From: Microcoleus sp.
Lineage (GTDB): Bacteria > Cyanobacteriota > Cyanobacteriia > Cyanobacteriales > Microcoleaceae
Reading direction: 5' to 3'
DNA length: 64,000 nucleotides
NCBI GenBank assembly: GCA_042408215.1
Contig: JAYFMW010000007.1
Span: 64,001-128,000 of the forward strand
Below, piece after piece: positions 43,859 through 56,614 of the stretch. Made by a program: the position numbers and the translations under genes. Within the stretch, counting starts at the first letter, position 1. The number at the start of each line of letters is the position of its first letter. The notes under the pieces were generated by a model that did not search any database, was not told where the DNA came from, and saw only the letters and a program-made list of their open reading frames with translations.

Positions 43859-44800
43859 ATGGACAGAGAAGAATTACTGAGACGATATGCTAATCGGGAA
43901 AGAGATTTTTCTGGGAGCGATCTGACTAATGTTGATTTAACTGGCATTAACTTAAGTCACGCTAATTTTACAGAGTCTAACTTGAGAAATATCAACTTGC
44001 TTAATGCCAATCTCAGTCATGCCAATTTCTCGAATTCAGGCTGGGAAGAAAGCAATCTGCGGGGGGTGAATTTGAGAGGAGCCAACTTAGAAGGTGTTGT
44101 GATGAGAGATATTATTTTAGAGAACGCTGATTTAACTGATATTAACTTGAGCAATGCTGAACTCAATGAAGTTTACCTCATGGGTGCTAATCTAACTGGT
44201 GCCAACTTGAGTAATGCTTCTTTGTATATTGTGAGTCTTGCCTCTGCTAACTTGGAGCAAGCTATATTCCGCAATACTACTCTTGATGAAGTTAGTTTTG
44301 AGCCTCCAAATCCACGATATATAGAAGTTCGTAAATTGCTCGAACAGTACGCTGCTGGGGAGAGAAATTTTGCGGGAATTAAGGTTAATAACACTGCCCT
44401 GAGCGGGGTTGACCTAAGTGGAATCAATTTGAGCAAAGCCCACCTTATGACTCTCAATTTGAGCAATGCCAATTTGAGTAATGCTCACTTGCAGGGAGCT
44501 AGAATGCTTGGTACTAACCTAAGTGGCGCGAATCTGAGCGGGGCTAATCTAAGCAATGCCGACCTCAGCGGTACGAATCTGAGAAAAGCTAATTTGAACG
44601 ATGCCGACTTAAGAGATGCTATTTTGAGTGGTGCTGATTTGACCGAGGCTGACTGCGAGAGAACCAAAACTGAAAATGTTATTTTGGTGGCAACCAACCT
44701 GACAGGTGCCAAAGGTTTTGGCAGTGGGATAGGATCTTTTGTCTGCAAAACCATTGAACCAGGGGGAGAATTCGTAGAGGGACCCGATTGGATTGAGTAA
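43859..44800 (+). CDS. Two-module pentapeptide repeat protein
   Basis: Two N-cap motifs (EELLRRYANRERDF and KLLEQYAAGERNF); RBS aggagg. Confidence 0.9.
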   Translation: MDREELLRRYANRERDFSGSDLTNVDLTGINLSHANFTESNLRNINLLNANLSHANFSNSGWEESNLRGVNLRGANLEGVVMRDIILENADLTDINLSNAELNEVYLMGANLTGANLSNASLYIVSLASANLEQAIFRNTTLDEVSFEPPNPRYIEVRKLLEQYAAGERNFAGIKVNNTALSGVDLSGINLSKAHLMTLNLSNANLSNAHLQGARMLGTNLSGANLSGANLSNADLSGTNLRKANLNDADLRDAILSGADLTEADCERTKTENVILVATNLTGAKGFGSGIGSFVCKTIEPGGEFVEGPDWIE

Positions 44801-44950
44801 ATAAACTTATAAATTTAATATTATACCAATATTAATTTAACAGTTTTGAGTAGCGATAGGAGACCAGAAATAATCAGAATTTTATTCATAAAAGGTAAGA
44901 GTGAAAGTGCGTGCTAATATGAAAGCATAAACAACTTGCATAAGAAAGCT

Positions 44951-45631
44951 ATGGACGTTGAAGAACTATATAGGCGTTACGCTGCGGGAGAGAGGGATTT
45001 CTCTGGAGTTGATTTAAGTCGTGCTAACTTAAACGTTGCTGACGTGACATACGTCGAAGACCTAGAACCAGGTCAAAATGACTTGAGCGGTATCAATCTC
45101 AGCGGTGCTAACTTGACTAAAGCAAATCTGAGTCTTGTTAATCTCAGCGGTGCTAACTTAAGCGATGCTCAACTTGATTGGGCTAAGCTAGCTGAAGCTG
45201 ACCTATCGGGGGTCAATCTTAGCAATGCTAGTTTATCTTCTGCCGAATTATGCCGAATCGATCTGAGTGGAGCTGACTTAAGTGGGGCAAATTTGGATTG
45301 TACTGACTCAACAGGAGCCAACTTAAGGGGAGCTAACCTCAGCGGGGCAAGTATAGCTGAAGCTATATGGGAAGCAACTGACTTGAGCGGTGCTAATTTG
45401 AGCGAAGCTAATTTGACACAAAGCGCTCTTTGCAATGCCAATTTAACAGGGGCTTGCTTAAGAGATACAAATTTAGAGGAGCCTTCGCTAGATGGAGCTA
45501 ATTTAACCAATGTAGACTTAAGTGAATCTTTCATCAATTTAGATATGGCTAACATTAACAGAATTAGGGGCGCAATTTTGTGTAATACAACTATGCCAGA
45601 TGGCAGTATTAGGAATGACCATTGTCAGTAA
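44951..45631 (+). CDS. Pentapeptide repeat protein (facing cassette C)
   Basis: MDVEELYRRYAAGERDF...LCNTTMPDG; ATG at 44951 preferred. Confidence 0.9.
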   Translation: MDVEELYRRYAAGERDFSGVDLSRANLNVADVTYVEDLEPGQNDLSGINLSGANLTKANLSLVNLSGANLSDAQLDWAKLAEADLSGVNLSNASLSSAELCRIDLSGADLSGANLDCTDSTGANLRGANLSGASIAEAIWEATDLSGANLSEANLTQSALCNANLTGACLRDTNLEEPSLDGANLTNVDLSESFINLDMANINRIRGAILCNTTMPDGSIRNDHCQ

Positions 45632-45721
45632 ATAAGTTTTCTGTATTAAAAGTAGCGAGGAAGAATTGATTCGCCCTCGCTAGTTAAGCAATTATTGCCA
45701 AGTGTTAGCTACTACCAAAAC

Positions 45722-47331
45722 TTAGGTAACTACATTTGGAAAATCATTAACTGTCACTGAACCAATATAGGATCGGCTCTCCAATATATTTTCAATTTCA
45801 TCTGGGAGGTTGGAGAGAAGGTCAAGACCTGTAAGTTCTTCAATCCTGTCAACAGTAGTTATGTTTTCCGGATCAAACCACGGTATTCGCGTTGTACCGG
45901 GATAATTAGGAAAATTAGGTAGCATGACAGCTATTACAGGTGTATTTGCTGTTACATCTGCTATACCTTGTCCAGGTCTTAGAGGTACAATCACTTTCCA
46001 CATGAATTCAGGAAGATTAATGTTCTCTATATTGAGGGGGTTATCGGGTGGTAATTCGTCATTATACGATTCATATCCACCCGCAATGTTATACAATTCC
46101 CAACCACGATCCTTAACAATTCCCTTACTAAAGACTTCTAACGCTCGCCATGCTCCTCTTTGATTCTCCCCTGGTTCTTGTGGAAGTAAGTTCGTTGTCA
46201 GGAATGTAGCAAACTGATCTTTCTGAGTTCTTTGACGCTGTTCTCTAGCAGTCAAGTGACCTCGGTCAAAACCACTATTTCGGTATTCCCATCCCTCGGT
46301 TGTATCTAATTCACTGGGAAGTGCGCTATCTGACCTCCAAGGGAAAGGATCGTAAGGCTCTGCACCACCCCCCTGTGGTGATCCAAGATTGCCCAACCAC
46401 GTTTTGTTGAGCTGCCAACTCACCCAATTAGAACCTTTGTTACTCTCATTATAAGACAGCGAATACTGTGGTTTTTCAATCAAATAGTTGTTGGCATTAG
46501 CAGCGGCATTCGGTCTAGCTACTTGTCCGTTTAAAGTGGGATTACCAAACATGAGATGAGTGCTCTTAAAGAAGACATCATCAAGATAAACTGTATCATT
46601 CCCTTCCAACTCAAACTTAAGCTTAGCTGACTTGCCCCGCAACACTTCAGGTACATCAACATGGAAAGTTTCAAACCCTACATTACCATAACCAATCCGG
46701 TTAGTGTCAGTATCAGCATAGCCTGTAGGGTAAGCGATTTCTGCTAAATCACCTGGATTAACTCGACCATCGGCCACTCTCAAGTCAATATTACCTATGG
46801 GTTGATAATTTTCATAACCAGGTTCATCGCCTTGGATAGAAACCTTTAACGTGCCACCATTAGGATTAGGAACATGAAGATTAAATCGCAAAGTCCCCCA
46901 ATCAGGCACAACAAACCGATTGTGTGTAATGCTGTCATCAGATGTTAATTTCAGAGCATAGTTAGGTTGGGCTGGATCGTACCCTACCAGTGTCCTGTAA
47001 TTGTCAAGACTAGGAATATCCCTCCAATCAACTAACCTACTTGTCGGCGACGCAATATTTGACGTACCGCCGTGAAAAGACCAACCAGGAATCGCATCAG
47101 AAATCGCATTTCGGAACAAACTACGCGGATTAAAGACAGCATCAAAATTGCCACCAAAAAGAGTAGGAATCGCAAAATCTCCCCGCATCCTGCTTTCTGC
47201 TGTATTGTCAAAAGAAAGAGGCACGCGCTCCACATTATTAGTCGGTCGCAAATTAGCGATCGCACCCGTATTAGGATCTTTAGTCAAACCACCTCCAACA
47301 ACAGAATAGAACTAACCAGTACCAATACCCT
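45722..47331 (-). CDS. Cassette C: shortest 5'-truncated toxin tip (NucA-like nuclease)
   Basis: Homology to cassette B starts at GIGTG(W>stop at 47312-47314)FYSV; FGNPT, EKPQYSLSYN, NWVSWQL, FDRGHLT, TNLLPQ. Confidence 0.82.
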
Positions 47332-47397
47332 TCTTTCTAATCAAAAAATGAGGTATTATTAACAGCCTACAATGATTATAAACTAAGGACAAAAGTT

Positions 47398-47985
47398 ATG
47401 GATGCCGAACAATTACTAAGACGATACGCTGATGGTGAAAGAGATTTTGAAGGTGTTGACTTGAGAAGGGTTGATCTATGTAATGCCAATTTGAGCGGTA
47501 TTAATTTGAGAAATTCTTATATTGAAGAAAGTGGGCTGATACACATCAATTTGAGCGGTGCCAATTTAGAGGGTATTGATTTAAGGGATATTGTTTTGGA
47601 AAATGCCAACTTGAGTGCTGTGAATATGATCGAGGCTAACTTAAGTGAAGTCAATTTGATGTGTGCCAATATAACAGATGCAAATTTTAATGGTGCTTGC
47701 CTTTCTAATGTCCGCCTTCTCTACGCTAACCTATCGAGAAGTATATTCAGAAATACCAAGATGAATGAAGTTGATTTTGATGGTACTAACTTGGCCGATG
47801 CTGATTTTAGAGATGCTAAAGATGCTTATCTTGATGATATATACATCTTCGATCCCTACCTAAGATATGCTGCCGTTAAGCCTGTTAGCCCGAATCTTAT
47901 TGAGAGAGGAGGGGCTATTTTTTGTCACACTATTATGCCAGATGGGAGTATCTGTAATGACGGTTGCGATCGAATCAGATCGTGA
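47398..47985 (+). CDS. Pentapeptide repeat protein
   Basis: EQLLRRYADGERDF...FCHTIMPDG; resembles the first module of 43859. Confidence 0.9.
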   Translation: MDAEQLLRRYADGERDFEGVDLRRVDLCNANLSGINLRNSYIEESGLIHINLSGANLEGIDLRDIVLENANLSAVNMIEANLSEVNLMCANITDANFNGACLSNVRLLYANLSRSIFRNTKMNEVDFDGTNLADADFRDAKDAYLDDIYIFDPYLRYAAVKPVSPNLIERGGAIFCHTIMPDGSICNDGCDRIRS

Positions 47986-48059
47986 AACCAGCCACCTATC
48001 CTATGGAGAACTACTAACAATAGGATCTATAATCGTAATAGAGATTTAGGAGGAGAGTT

Positions 48060-48539
48060 ATGGATGCTAAAGAATTGCTCGAGAGGTACGCTGCTGGAGA
48101 AAAAGATTTTAGCGGAGTTGATTTGAGTGCTGTAAACCTTGTCCGCGCCTACCTTCCCGAAATTAACTTGAGCAACGCCAACTTGAGAGGAGCTAACTTT
48201 GTCTGTGCTGAACTCAACGGAGCCAATCTTAGTGGAGCCGATTTAAGTAGAGCTGCTTTGAGCGGAGCGACCTTGGAAAATGCCGATTTGAGTAGAGCAG
48301 ATTTAACTGAAGCGAATTTAGCTGATTGTATTTTGGAGGGAGCAGATTTAACTGAAGCTGATTTGAGCAGAGCGAACCTTATCGAAGCTCCCCTTATTAA
48401 TGCAAATTTGACCAGAGCTATACTGGATGATGCTTTATTAGGCAGCCCTTTGCTTGAAGGAGCCAATTTGACCGGGGTTGATTTGAGCAAGGCCAGAATG
48501 GATGTCTTTCCCTACGGATATGAGTTCTTAGACACCTAA
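48060..48539 (+). CDS. Pentapeptide repeat protein lacking the MPDG C-cap (possibly truncated)
   Basis: KELLERYAAGEKDF; same gatttaggaggagagttATG leader as 43859. Confidence 0.85.
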   Translation: MDAKELLERYAAGEKDFSGVDLSAVNLVRAYLPEINLSNANLRGANFVCAELNGANLSGADLSRAALSGATLENADLSRADLTEANLADCILEGADLTEADLSRANLIEAPLINANLTRAILDDALLGSPLLEGANLTGVDLSKARMDVFPYGYEFLDT

Positions 48540-48821
48540 ATTACTCGTTGCGATCCACGAAGAAATGAGGAGAAGGGAGAGAGAGGATTCATGCTTCAAA
48601 AAATGACTAGCCTTTCTAGTTGATTAGTTAACTCAATAGTTCTCACGTAAAGTTCACTAATACTCGTCATCTTTTTAGTTATTTCTAAGGAAGATTAATT
48701 GAAATTAATTCCTCAGTATTCAAAAGTGCAAATTAAATGCAGACAACTAGCATCAGACATTGGCAAAGTCTTGCTATATTGATAGTATAAACTGATATTC
48801 TAAATAGAGGGAGGGAAAAAC

Positions 48822-49310
48822 TTGAACGTTGAAGAACTATATAGGCGCTACGCTGCCGGAGAGAGGGATTTCTCTGGAGTTGATTTAAGTCATGCTAACT
48901 TAAACGTTGCTAAAGTGGGTGATATCAGAGACCTCCCACCAGGTCAAAATGAGTTGATCGGTATCAATCTCAGCGGTGCAAACTTGACCAGAGCTATTTT
49001 GAGTTTTGTAAATCTCAGCGGTGCAAACTTGAGTAGTGCAAACCTAGAATTTGCGATCCTATTAGGTACTATATTGACTGGTGCCAATCTGAGTCATGCT
49101 ATCCTAAATTATGCCGACGAGGTATGCGACCTAATTGATGTTGACTTGAGAGAAGCCAGTCTATTTTGTACGCGATTGCTTGGTTCTAACCTAACCAGAG
49201 CTAACTTGATGGGGGCAACATTGAAAATCGTACCAAAGGGTCGTTTGATTTTTAGTGATACCATCATGCCAGATGGTACTATTAATAATGAAGATGAAAA
49301 TTATGGTTAG
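48822..49310 (+). CDS. Pentapeptide repeat protein (facing cassette B)
   Basis: TTG start after gaggag; paralog of 44951; DTIMPDG cap. Confidence 0.88.
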   Translation: MNVEELYRRYAAGERDFSGVDLSHANLNVAKVGDIRDLPPGQNELIGINLSGANLTRAILSFVNLSGANLSSANLEFAILLGTILTGANLSHAILNYADEVCDLIDVDLREASLFCTRLLGSNLTRANLMGATLKIVPKGRLIFSDTIMPDGTINNEDENYG

Positions 49311-49484
49311 CCTAAATCATTTGTGCAATAGCGTGTAATAGTAATGCTTGCTGAAGCAGCTTTTCCGATATTTTTGCTTTGCACAACTCATTTAGGTTCG
49401 CTATAGTTCAATCTCATTAAAACCCAAGAGCCTGATAAGCCAAGTCAGCTTGACAGCAGGCTACTTTGTTTGTTGTCTAGATCA

Positions 49485-52400
49485 TCAGCCTCCTGATTCG
49501 ATTATTTCCTCAATCTCATCAGGAATATTTGAGAAGAAGTCAAGCCCAGTCAAAGCCTCGATTTCGTTAACAGTCAGCTTCCATGTTTGCCAATTTCTCC
49601 AAGCAGCTTTGTTTGGTATATCTGGACGACTTAACCCCAACAAAGCATTGAATGGGTGAGGAACTGATAGCGCAAAATCTCCATTATTACCTACTGTGCC
49701 ATTTGGATTAGCTGGTACGTGATCTGGTTCAACCTCGTTGGGTGTTAAAATGCCGTAAGTTGCAGCGTTAGCAATTGTGACACCAGCAGGAGTCAGTCCT
49801 GGTTGCTCTAAATCCAGTACAACCTTCCAAGTCCAACCAGGAATATTAATTCCTTTATTTATAAGAATTTGGGGATTTGTTAATGTGGTAGGTTCCGAGT
49901 AATGACTGAAACGCTGCGGATCGGGATTGCTGCCATAACCCCCAGCCACAACATAAAGCTCTTTTGGGGTCTCAGTAATTGGATCGCTCTTAGTAATCTT
50001 TTTAAGAAAATCGTCAAAACTTGTCCATACTGCACGATCTGGGATTTCTCCAGTAAACACCTCATTGTTATCAAAATGCTGTGGAATTACATTTGTCAAC
50101 AGAAAAGTAGCTATGTTGTCTTTTTCGCTATTAGTTCGGTGATCCGAAGGTAGCAGATGCCCCTTTCGATATTCACTGCCAACGTAGTCTTCATTTACGA
50201 TCCGACCCCAGCTTTCAGGAATACTTTGATCTTCAATAAAGTTGATTTTTGAACGAGGAGTTTCATCCAGCCACTTTTGATTCATTTGCCAACTTACCCA
50301 TTTAGGAGTTTTACTGCTGTCATTGTAAGCAGTCGCAAACTGTGCTTTCTCTAGCAAATAGTTATTGCTATCCGCAACATTAAGGTTAGTTGTATTCCTC
50401 GCATCTGAGGGATTTCCAAACAGTAGATGTTGACTTTTGAAGAATACATTATCTAAGTAAACAGTACCGCCACCAACAACTTCAAACTTGAGGGTTGCTA
50501 CTTGACCACGCAAATTGTCAGGTACCTCAAATTGGAAAGTCTCAAACCCTTGAATTCCATAATCAATCTTTTGAGTGTCTGCTAAGTAAGAACCTCGTGT
50601 GCGATTTGCTCGCGTCAAGTTGACCGATGATGAAACGCCTAAAGGACTTCCATCTGCTGCTTCTAAAGTGACCAAAACACTTCTTCCCGAACCCAGTTCT
50701 GCTTCTGGAACATGGAGGTCAAACCGTAAATTTCCCCAATCAGGTACAACAAAACGGTTGTGAGTAATACTTTTACCTGATTCTAGCTTCAGAGCATAAT
50801 TTTGTTGAGTGCGATCGACTCCAATTCTATCGAGTTCTGCGTGCAAAGCCGGAGCATCACTTGCAGATAGCTGATTCACATCAACGAGATTATTTGTAGA
50901 CACACTAGCCGATGTTTCATCATTATGAAAAGACCAGCCCGGAATCGCATCAGAAATCGCATTTCGGAACAAACTACCCGGATTAAAAACAGCATCAAAA
51001 TTGCCACCAAAAAGAGTAGGAACCGCAAAATCACCCCGCATCCGCCTTTCCGCTGTATTGTCAAAAGAAAGAGGCACGCGCTCCAGAGTATTAGTCGGTC
51101 GCAAATTAGTAATCGCACCCGTATTGGGATCTTTAGTCAAACCACCTCCAAGAACAGAATAGAACCAACCAGTACCAATACCCTCATTGGGAGCATTAGC
51201 AGCACCCAGAGAAAAGTTAGGTTGCCCGCTATATTTAGGCGTGTACCAGGGGTTGACACGAGGGTCTTGAGGACTTCCACTGAAAGAAAAGTCTCTGTCA
51301 AACAGTTGCTCGTAATGCCCATCACCCCGACGCCGCGAGATCGGGTCAACAGGTTGCGTACTAGAAGAATTTTGGCGATACTCAGTTAGTCCCAGGTCAG
51401 CAGTCCCCGCATACCACGTCAGGACTCGCCCGTGCGGCCCCCCAGCGAGATCGTCTTTCGTAAACCCCGGCAAACTATTTTCATAACCATCAGCATTGCG
51501 TCGAGTACCCAAGAAAACCGTTTCGTCAGGTTTCCCTAGAAGTTCCCCCGCACTGTTTCTGGGAAATTTGAGACCTGCTCTAATCTCTGTTCGCAGAGCA
51601 TCGGGCCCGCTCAAATTGGGAATGTCTCGACCCGCAGGTGTCAGCGTAGGAATTTGTGGAATGCCTTGGTCTAGCCTGGGTACCGTTTGGTAGTAGTTGT
51701 CGGCAAAAGTCACATTCTTCCAAACCTGAACCTTCGGTTCGCGGAAATCTGCAAATCCCGCTTCTCCTAGAAATGGTAACTGTACCGAAAAACTTGGTTG
51801 GTCAAAATCATGGGGATCTAATGTAGTCATCTGGAGGTCGCGAAACAGAGAATTCTCCTTCCCGCCAGCTAGAGGGAAGTAAGTCCCTACACGCTGAATC
51901 ATTTCGCTATTGACCACAGCCCCCCGACTGAAGCCAACAAAGTGCAGTGGCGAATTGAAAATTGCCCCCTGAGAGCGAACAAAATTCCCTTGGCTGTCGA
52001 ACTTAGCACCACCTCCGAGCGACTGATCTAGCTGCACTAGCGAAGCAAAGAAACTATCTGCTGCTCCCTCCGTGAAGCCAGAATCGGGAATAGCTGACTC
52101 ATTATTTTGAGACCAGTCAGGCAGAAGCACTAATGGTTTGTTGGCTTGGAGGTAGGGAGCTATATAGCTCGACAAAGCAGTACGATAACTGGGAGCGGCT
52201 TGGTCAAAACCATTAGGAAAATAAGTTGAATTACTAAAGAAATCACCCAAGACTTGCCCGTATTTATCGACCGGAACCCAGTTACCTGTGGGCGAGTCGT
52301 AGCGCATGAGCAATCCTTCACCCCCAGTAGTAGCAATGCTGTCAGCCATTTTGTAGAATTCGCTGGGAATCCCTGGTCCGGTAATGACCGGAGGCTTAAA

Positions 52401-55400
52401 ACCGTGGGTCAGTACAGTGACGCTGCTGAAAGTGCTGTTGCCGTTGAGAGCAGGCGGTGGCGATGTTTTGAACTGCCCAACATCGAGATTTCGCTTTCCA
52501 TCCTTGCTCAAAGCTTCAACAGCCCAATGATAAGTCTGACCAGCCGTCAGAGTCCGATTATCGGGCAGTGTGAACTGGGTATTGGTGTTTGAAGGGTCAA
52601 GGGGTAGACCACCAAGCCCCACCCAGCCTTGACCGGGCTTCCAAGTCGCTGTCAGGATGCGGTTGGGGTTGTAGTCATAAGTACCGAACTGGGAGTTCCA
52701 TTTTGCTAACAAGTTTTGCTGCTGCTGTGGGCTGAGATTATTGAAGTTTGGATTTTGGATATTGGCGAGATCCTCCCACCTATCCTCTGGCAACAAACCC
52801 TCCCCTTTATCGAAGGTACTGACAAAAAGATTAACCTCTTTCACATCCTCCCAACCCGGAGCAAACTGCCATTGAAAAGTCGGAGTCAGGTCATTTGTAG
52901 TTGCACCAGGCCCCTTCAAATTCAGCCAGTCAGTCGGTGCAGAACTCAAATCCCGTAAATTGCCTCCAGTACCGACTGGTGCGCGTGTTGTCTGCGGCAG
53001 CACCCCATAAGTAAACTGATTAGCAGGTCGATTCTCCTGAAGAATCCCATAGTCAGCAGCAATACTAATAGCCGGATTTATATCATCAATAGGAACCCTT
53101 GTGAAATCAGCCGCAGTCACAGACTTCGCCGTAGTAGCATTGAAGAAAGGAGACTTAACACCCCTGTCAAGGCTGTCAATTTGGAATTGACCAGGATTGT
53201 CCAGGGTTTTGATGATCTCCTCGACATTAAAGGTATAAACCCCCCCAGCACTACCAGGAGCCGGGTAAGAAGAAAATAGGGATTTATTGTCATTCGATAG
53301 TACCAAATCGTTCGTCAGCCCCCCAGGAATCGGTCTGGTAGCAGCTACTAATTGAGGATTCGGTCCCAAGGGGTCTTTGATAATACCAATGTTGCTCCCA
53401 GAGCGCGGATCCGCATAGGGGTTGACATAATTTCTATAATTGCGACCCGCAACGAACGCATATCGCCCGTCACGCATTACCGTTACAGAAACTCCCTCGT
53501 TGACATCAAAGTAATCGTTGGCAAAACCCAACCCTAAAGGAATATAGCGGACAGCGGTAGCAAAATTGAGGGGGTCATCAGACGTAATTTCCAGCACGCC
53601 AAAGCCCTTGCTGTCATCCTGAAGGGGTAGAAAATCGGTTTGTATGCTAGCCAATCCGTTGGTGAAAACCATTTTTCGGGGGTCAGCGGTAGCTGCTATC
53701 CCCTCTGTCTCTGAAGCGGTGGCAATTACTCCAATCTGCTGGTGCCACTTCCGCTCGTTAGAACCCTCAGCGATCGGTTTGTCGCGAGGGTCAATGTTGA
53801 CCGCATAAATGCTACGGTTGCGTACTCGTTCATTATCGTCGGAACCCGTAGCGAAGAGCTTGCGCCCGTCGCTGCTGATGGCCAACTGGCTCAGTCCCAG
53901 TGGCGATGTAACGTTAATGGTTTGAACAACAGTGTGATAGGTTGCTGAGAAGGGGTCGATGTCGAGGACGTAGATGTTGGGCCGATCGCGATCGGCAATG
54001 TAAGCATAATTATCCTTGGGGTCGATCGCGATCGACTTAGGTTTAGCCCCCGCTGGTAGAACAATAGGATTGACACCCGGAGTATTGGGCTGGGTGTCCA
54101 CTTGTCGCAGTACCATCGGATCGACCATCGCGACGCCGCCTGATTCCCTTAAGACTACATAAACCCTCGTGCCGTCGCTAGTCACAGCGCTCGCTTCTGC
54201 GGCATCAGTAGACTTGTCGCCTACGGGGATTCTGGAAATTAACAAGTCCTTGCTTCTGGTAGCTTCTACCACTGCTTTTGGATTAGAACCCTGAATAACT
54301 ACCAGTTCGCTCAAACTTTTGGGGTTGATTGGGGGGAAGTTCTGGGTTGCAAAAACGTACTCTGCCCCCTGTGGCAGACGTATTGGATTGCTGCTGTACT
54401 CAATAGGTTTATACACCGGTGCCGTGCCGTTTTGCTCGACCAACTGATTTTGCTTCCTGGTCAAAACTATGCCGGATGCACCCAGGGGTAAGGTGTTGGG
54501 AACTTGTACGGCAACTTCAAACTGGTTGCCCCCAACAGAACGGCTGCGGTTGGGCAATATCGTTCCAGGGTACACCTGATTCCCGACCTGAAATTCCACA
54601 ACCAAGTCCTCAAACCGACTGCCTTTAGAGTCGCTGGCATTGTTGACCAGAATGTTGCCCCCCGTTAGGAAAAGAAGTGGTTCGCCTTTCTCAAATTGCT
54701 GGTTGTTCTCATCCTTGAATTTCAATTCAGCTTTTTGGAGGACAGGAGGTGTTGTGGGGTCAGAGGTGGTTGGGGCTGGCATATTCAAAGCTGCCTTAAA
54801 TGTGGCGGTGCCGTCGTCGTTTCGCTGGACACCCACCTCTGTGACGACGGGAAGTCCCACCTTGGGGATTGCTACCACCTGCACTGAAGATATGTCGCGA
54901 GTTACGGTAAAGGCTGGAGTGGTAACGAATTTGTCCGGGTCGATTAACTGACCGATATTTCCCAGGGGGTCAATGATGCCAAAAAATGCTAGGGGGAAGT
55001 TGTAGTTGAGGGTAAGCTGACCTTTGACTAAGGTGGCGCTGCCTGTCGGACTGGCGTAGACTACTGCGTATTCGCCTGGTCTGACCACGCCTGGATAGGG
55101 AGGAGACTGGGTGCGAATGTTGCCGTCATCTCCGACTATGCCTGATTCTTCTTGCAGCCAAATCGGATTCCAAGTGCCGATTGCGTCAGGAATTGCTCCT
55201 TTTCGCAGGAAGTATGCCACAGTTCCTGGTGCTAATCCGGCTGGTGCTGGTATTGCTAACTGGGCGGGTATATTCAGGGAGTTATCGCTAAAGTTTAAGT
55301 TGAAGGCTCCTGCAAATTCAAATCCCGGTGGTAGTGGTAGGGACAAGTTTTGTTGGTTGACTGGGGCAATGCTGACGGTTGCATTCTGTTTGAGAGCGCC

Positions 55401-56500
55401 CGGAGGTATCATGACTGCTAGGGTTCCGTCGCTTGAGTTGATGATGCCACCGTCGGTTCCCAAGGCTGTTGTGCCGATTTTCGGTGCTTCGACTCGAACT
55501 GGAATGGTGGCGGATGCGGTTCCGTGAATGGCTGTGACGGTGGCATCGCCAATGCCGACTGCTGTAATGGTGCCGTCGGGACTGACGTTGAGGATGTTGC
55601 TGTTGTTGCTAAAGTAGCGCGTACCTGTGCTGGCTGCGGTTAAGTTGGCTTCGGTGAAGTTGGAGTTTAAGCTGAGGGAGAGTTTCCGCGTTGCGCCAAC
55701 AGATAGGGAGACGGCATCTGGGTAGGGGTCTAGTCCGTACATTTCGGCTAGTATCTGATGCAGTTGAGCGTCTGTTGTGGGTGCTGGCATCGTCCCAATT
55801 CGGATTGGGGTGACTGCTTGTAGGTTATTTCGACTTGCGCTCAAAACTGAAGTACCGTTGGTTAAACCTGTCACTTTCCCCGTTGGATCAATTGGTGCTA
55901 CTTCTGGATTTATTGAAGTGTAAGTTAGATAAGAATCTGGGAGCACTACACCTTTTTGGTCGGCAAAATCTCCGAGCACAATCAATTCCGTATTTTCTCC
56001 TGCATTGAGGCTCGGATTTCGCTTCACAAAATCTAGATTCAGCAGGGGAACATCGCTGACATTGACTGTCACGCGCGCGGGCGTTGAACTCCCAAAAGCG
56101 TCGCTGGCAAGGAAATCAAAGCTGGCAATTCCAGAGAAGCCGATTGCTGGTTTAAACGATGCTTTGTTCGTTAAGGGATTGAAAATTACAGTACCGTTTA
56201 CTGGACCCTGGACGCTAATTGTGAGAGGGTCGCCCTCTGCATCTGTGGCAAGATTGTCTAATGAAATAGTTGTCTCTAATTCTGTATAAGTCCGAGTGCT
56301 TGTCGGTGAAACAACGGGCGGATTGTTGTCAGAATTCGGGGGATTGGCTTCGGCGAGCAATTGTTGTCCTAAGGTCGTATTGCGCCATTCTTTGTCAGGG
56401 TTGATGACTGTATCTAGCAGCGGTGCGTTTCCTGTTGCGCCACTAATTTTAAAGATTAGGTCATTGTAATCTCTGTCTGAGTTCGCTGATGATGCGGGTG
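49485..56500 (-). CDS. Cassette B: long 5'-truncated toxin copy (DUF4114-like end, Ig-like repeats, beta-propeller, hydrolase, NucA-like nuclease)
   Basis: Frame is open to ~56546 without ATG or signal peptide and reads SDRDYNDLIFKISGATGNAPLLDTVINPDKEWR upstream of the ORF call; GFSRG; YRKGHLLP...TNVIPQ. Confidence 0.82.
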
Positions 56501-56614
56501 ATTGAGAAATGCTTGTAATTGCAGTAGTATTTGAATAAAAATAGTTTTAAACATACAAATACTCTTACCTGGGATTCTGGTTATTATTGTAAATAAATTC
56601 TAGGAGACAAAGTT

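Noticed and set aside
43555..43947. 130-aa ORF as a real gene
   Set aside because: Chimeric frame that overlaps a PRP gene antisense and contains only a short toxin fossil
48530..48800. Possible insertion remnant truncating the 48060 PRP
   Set aside because: No terminal repeats or transposase similarity that I can support from the sequence
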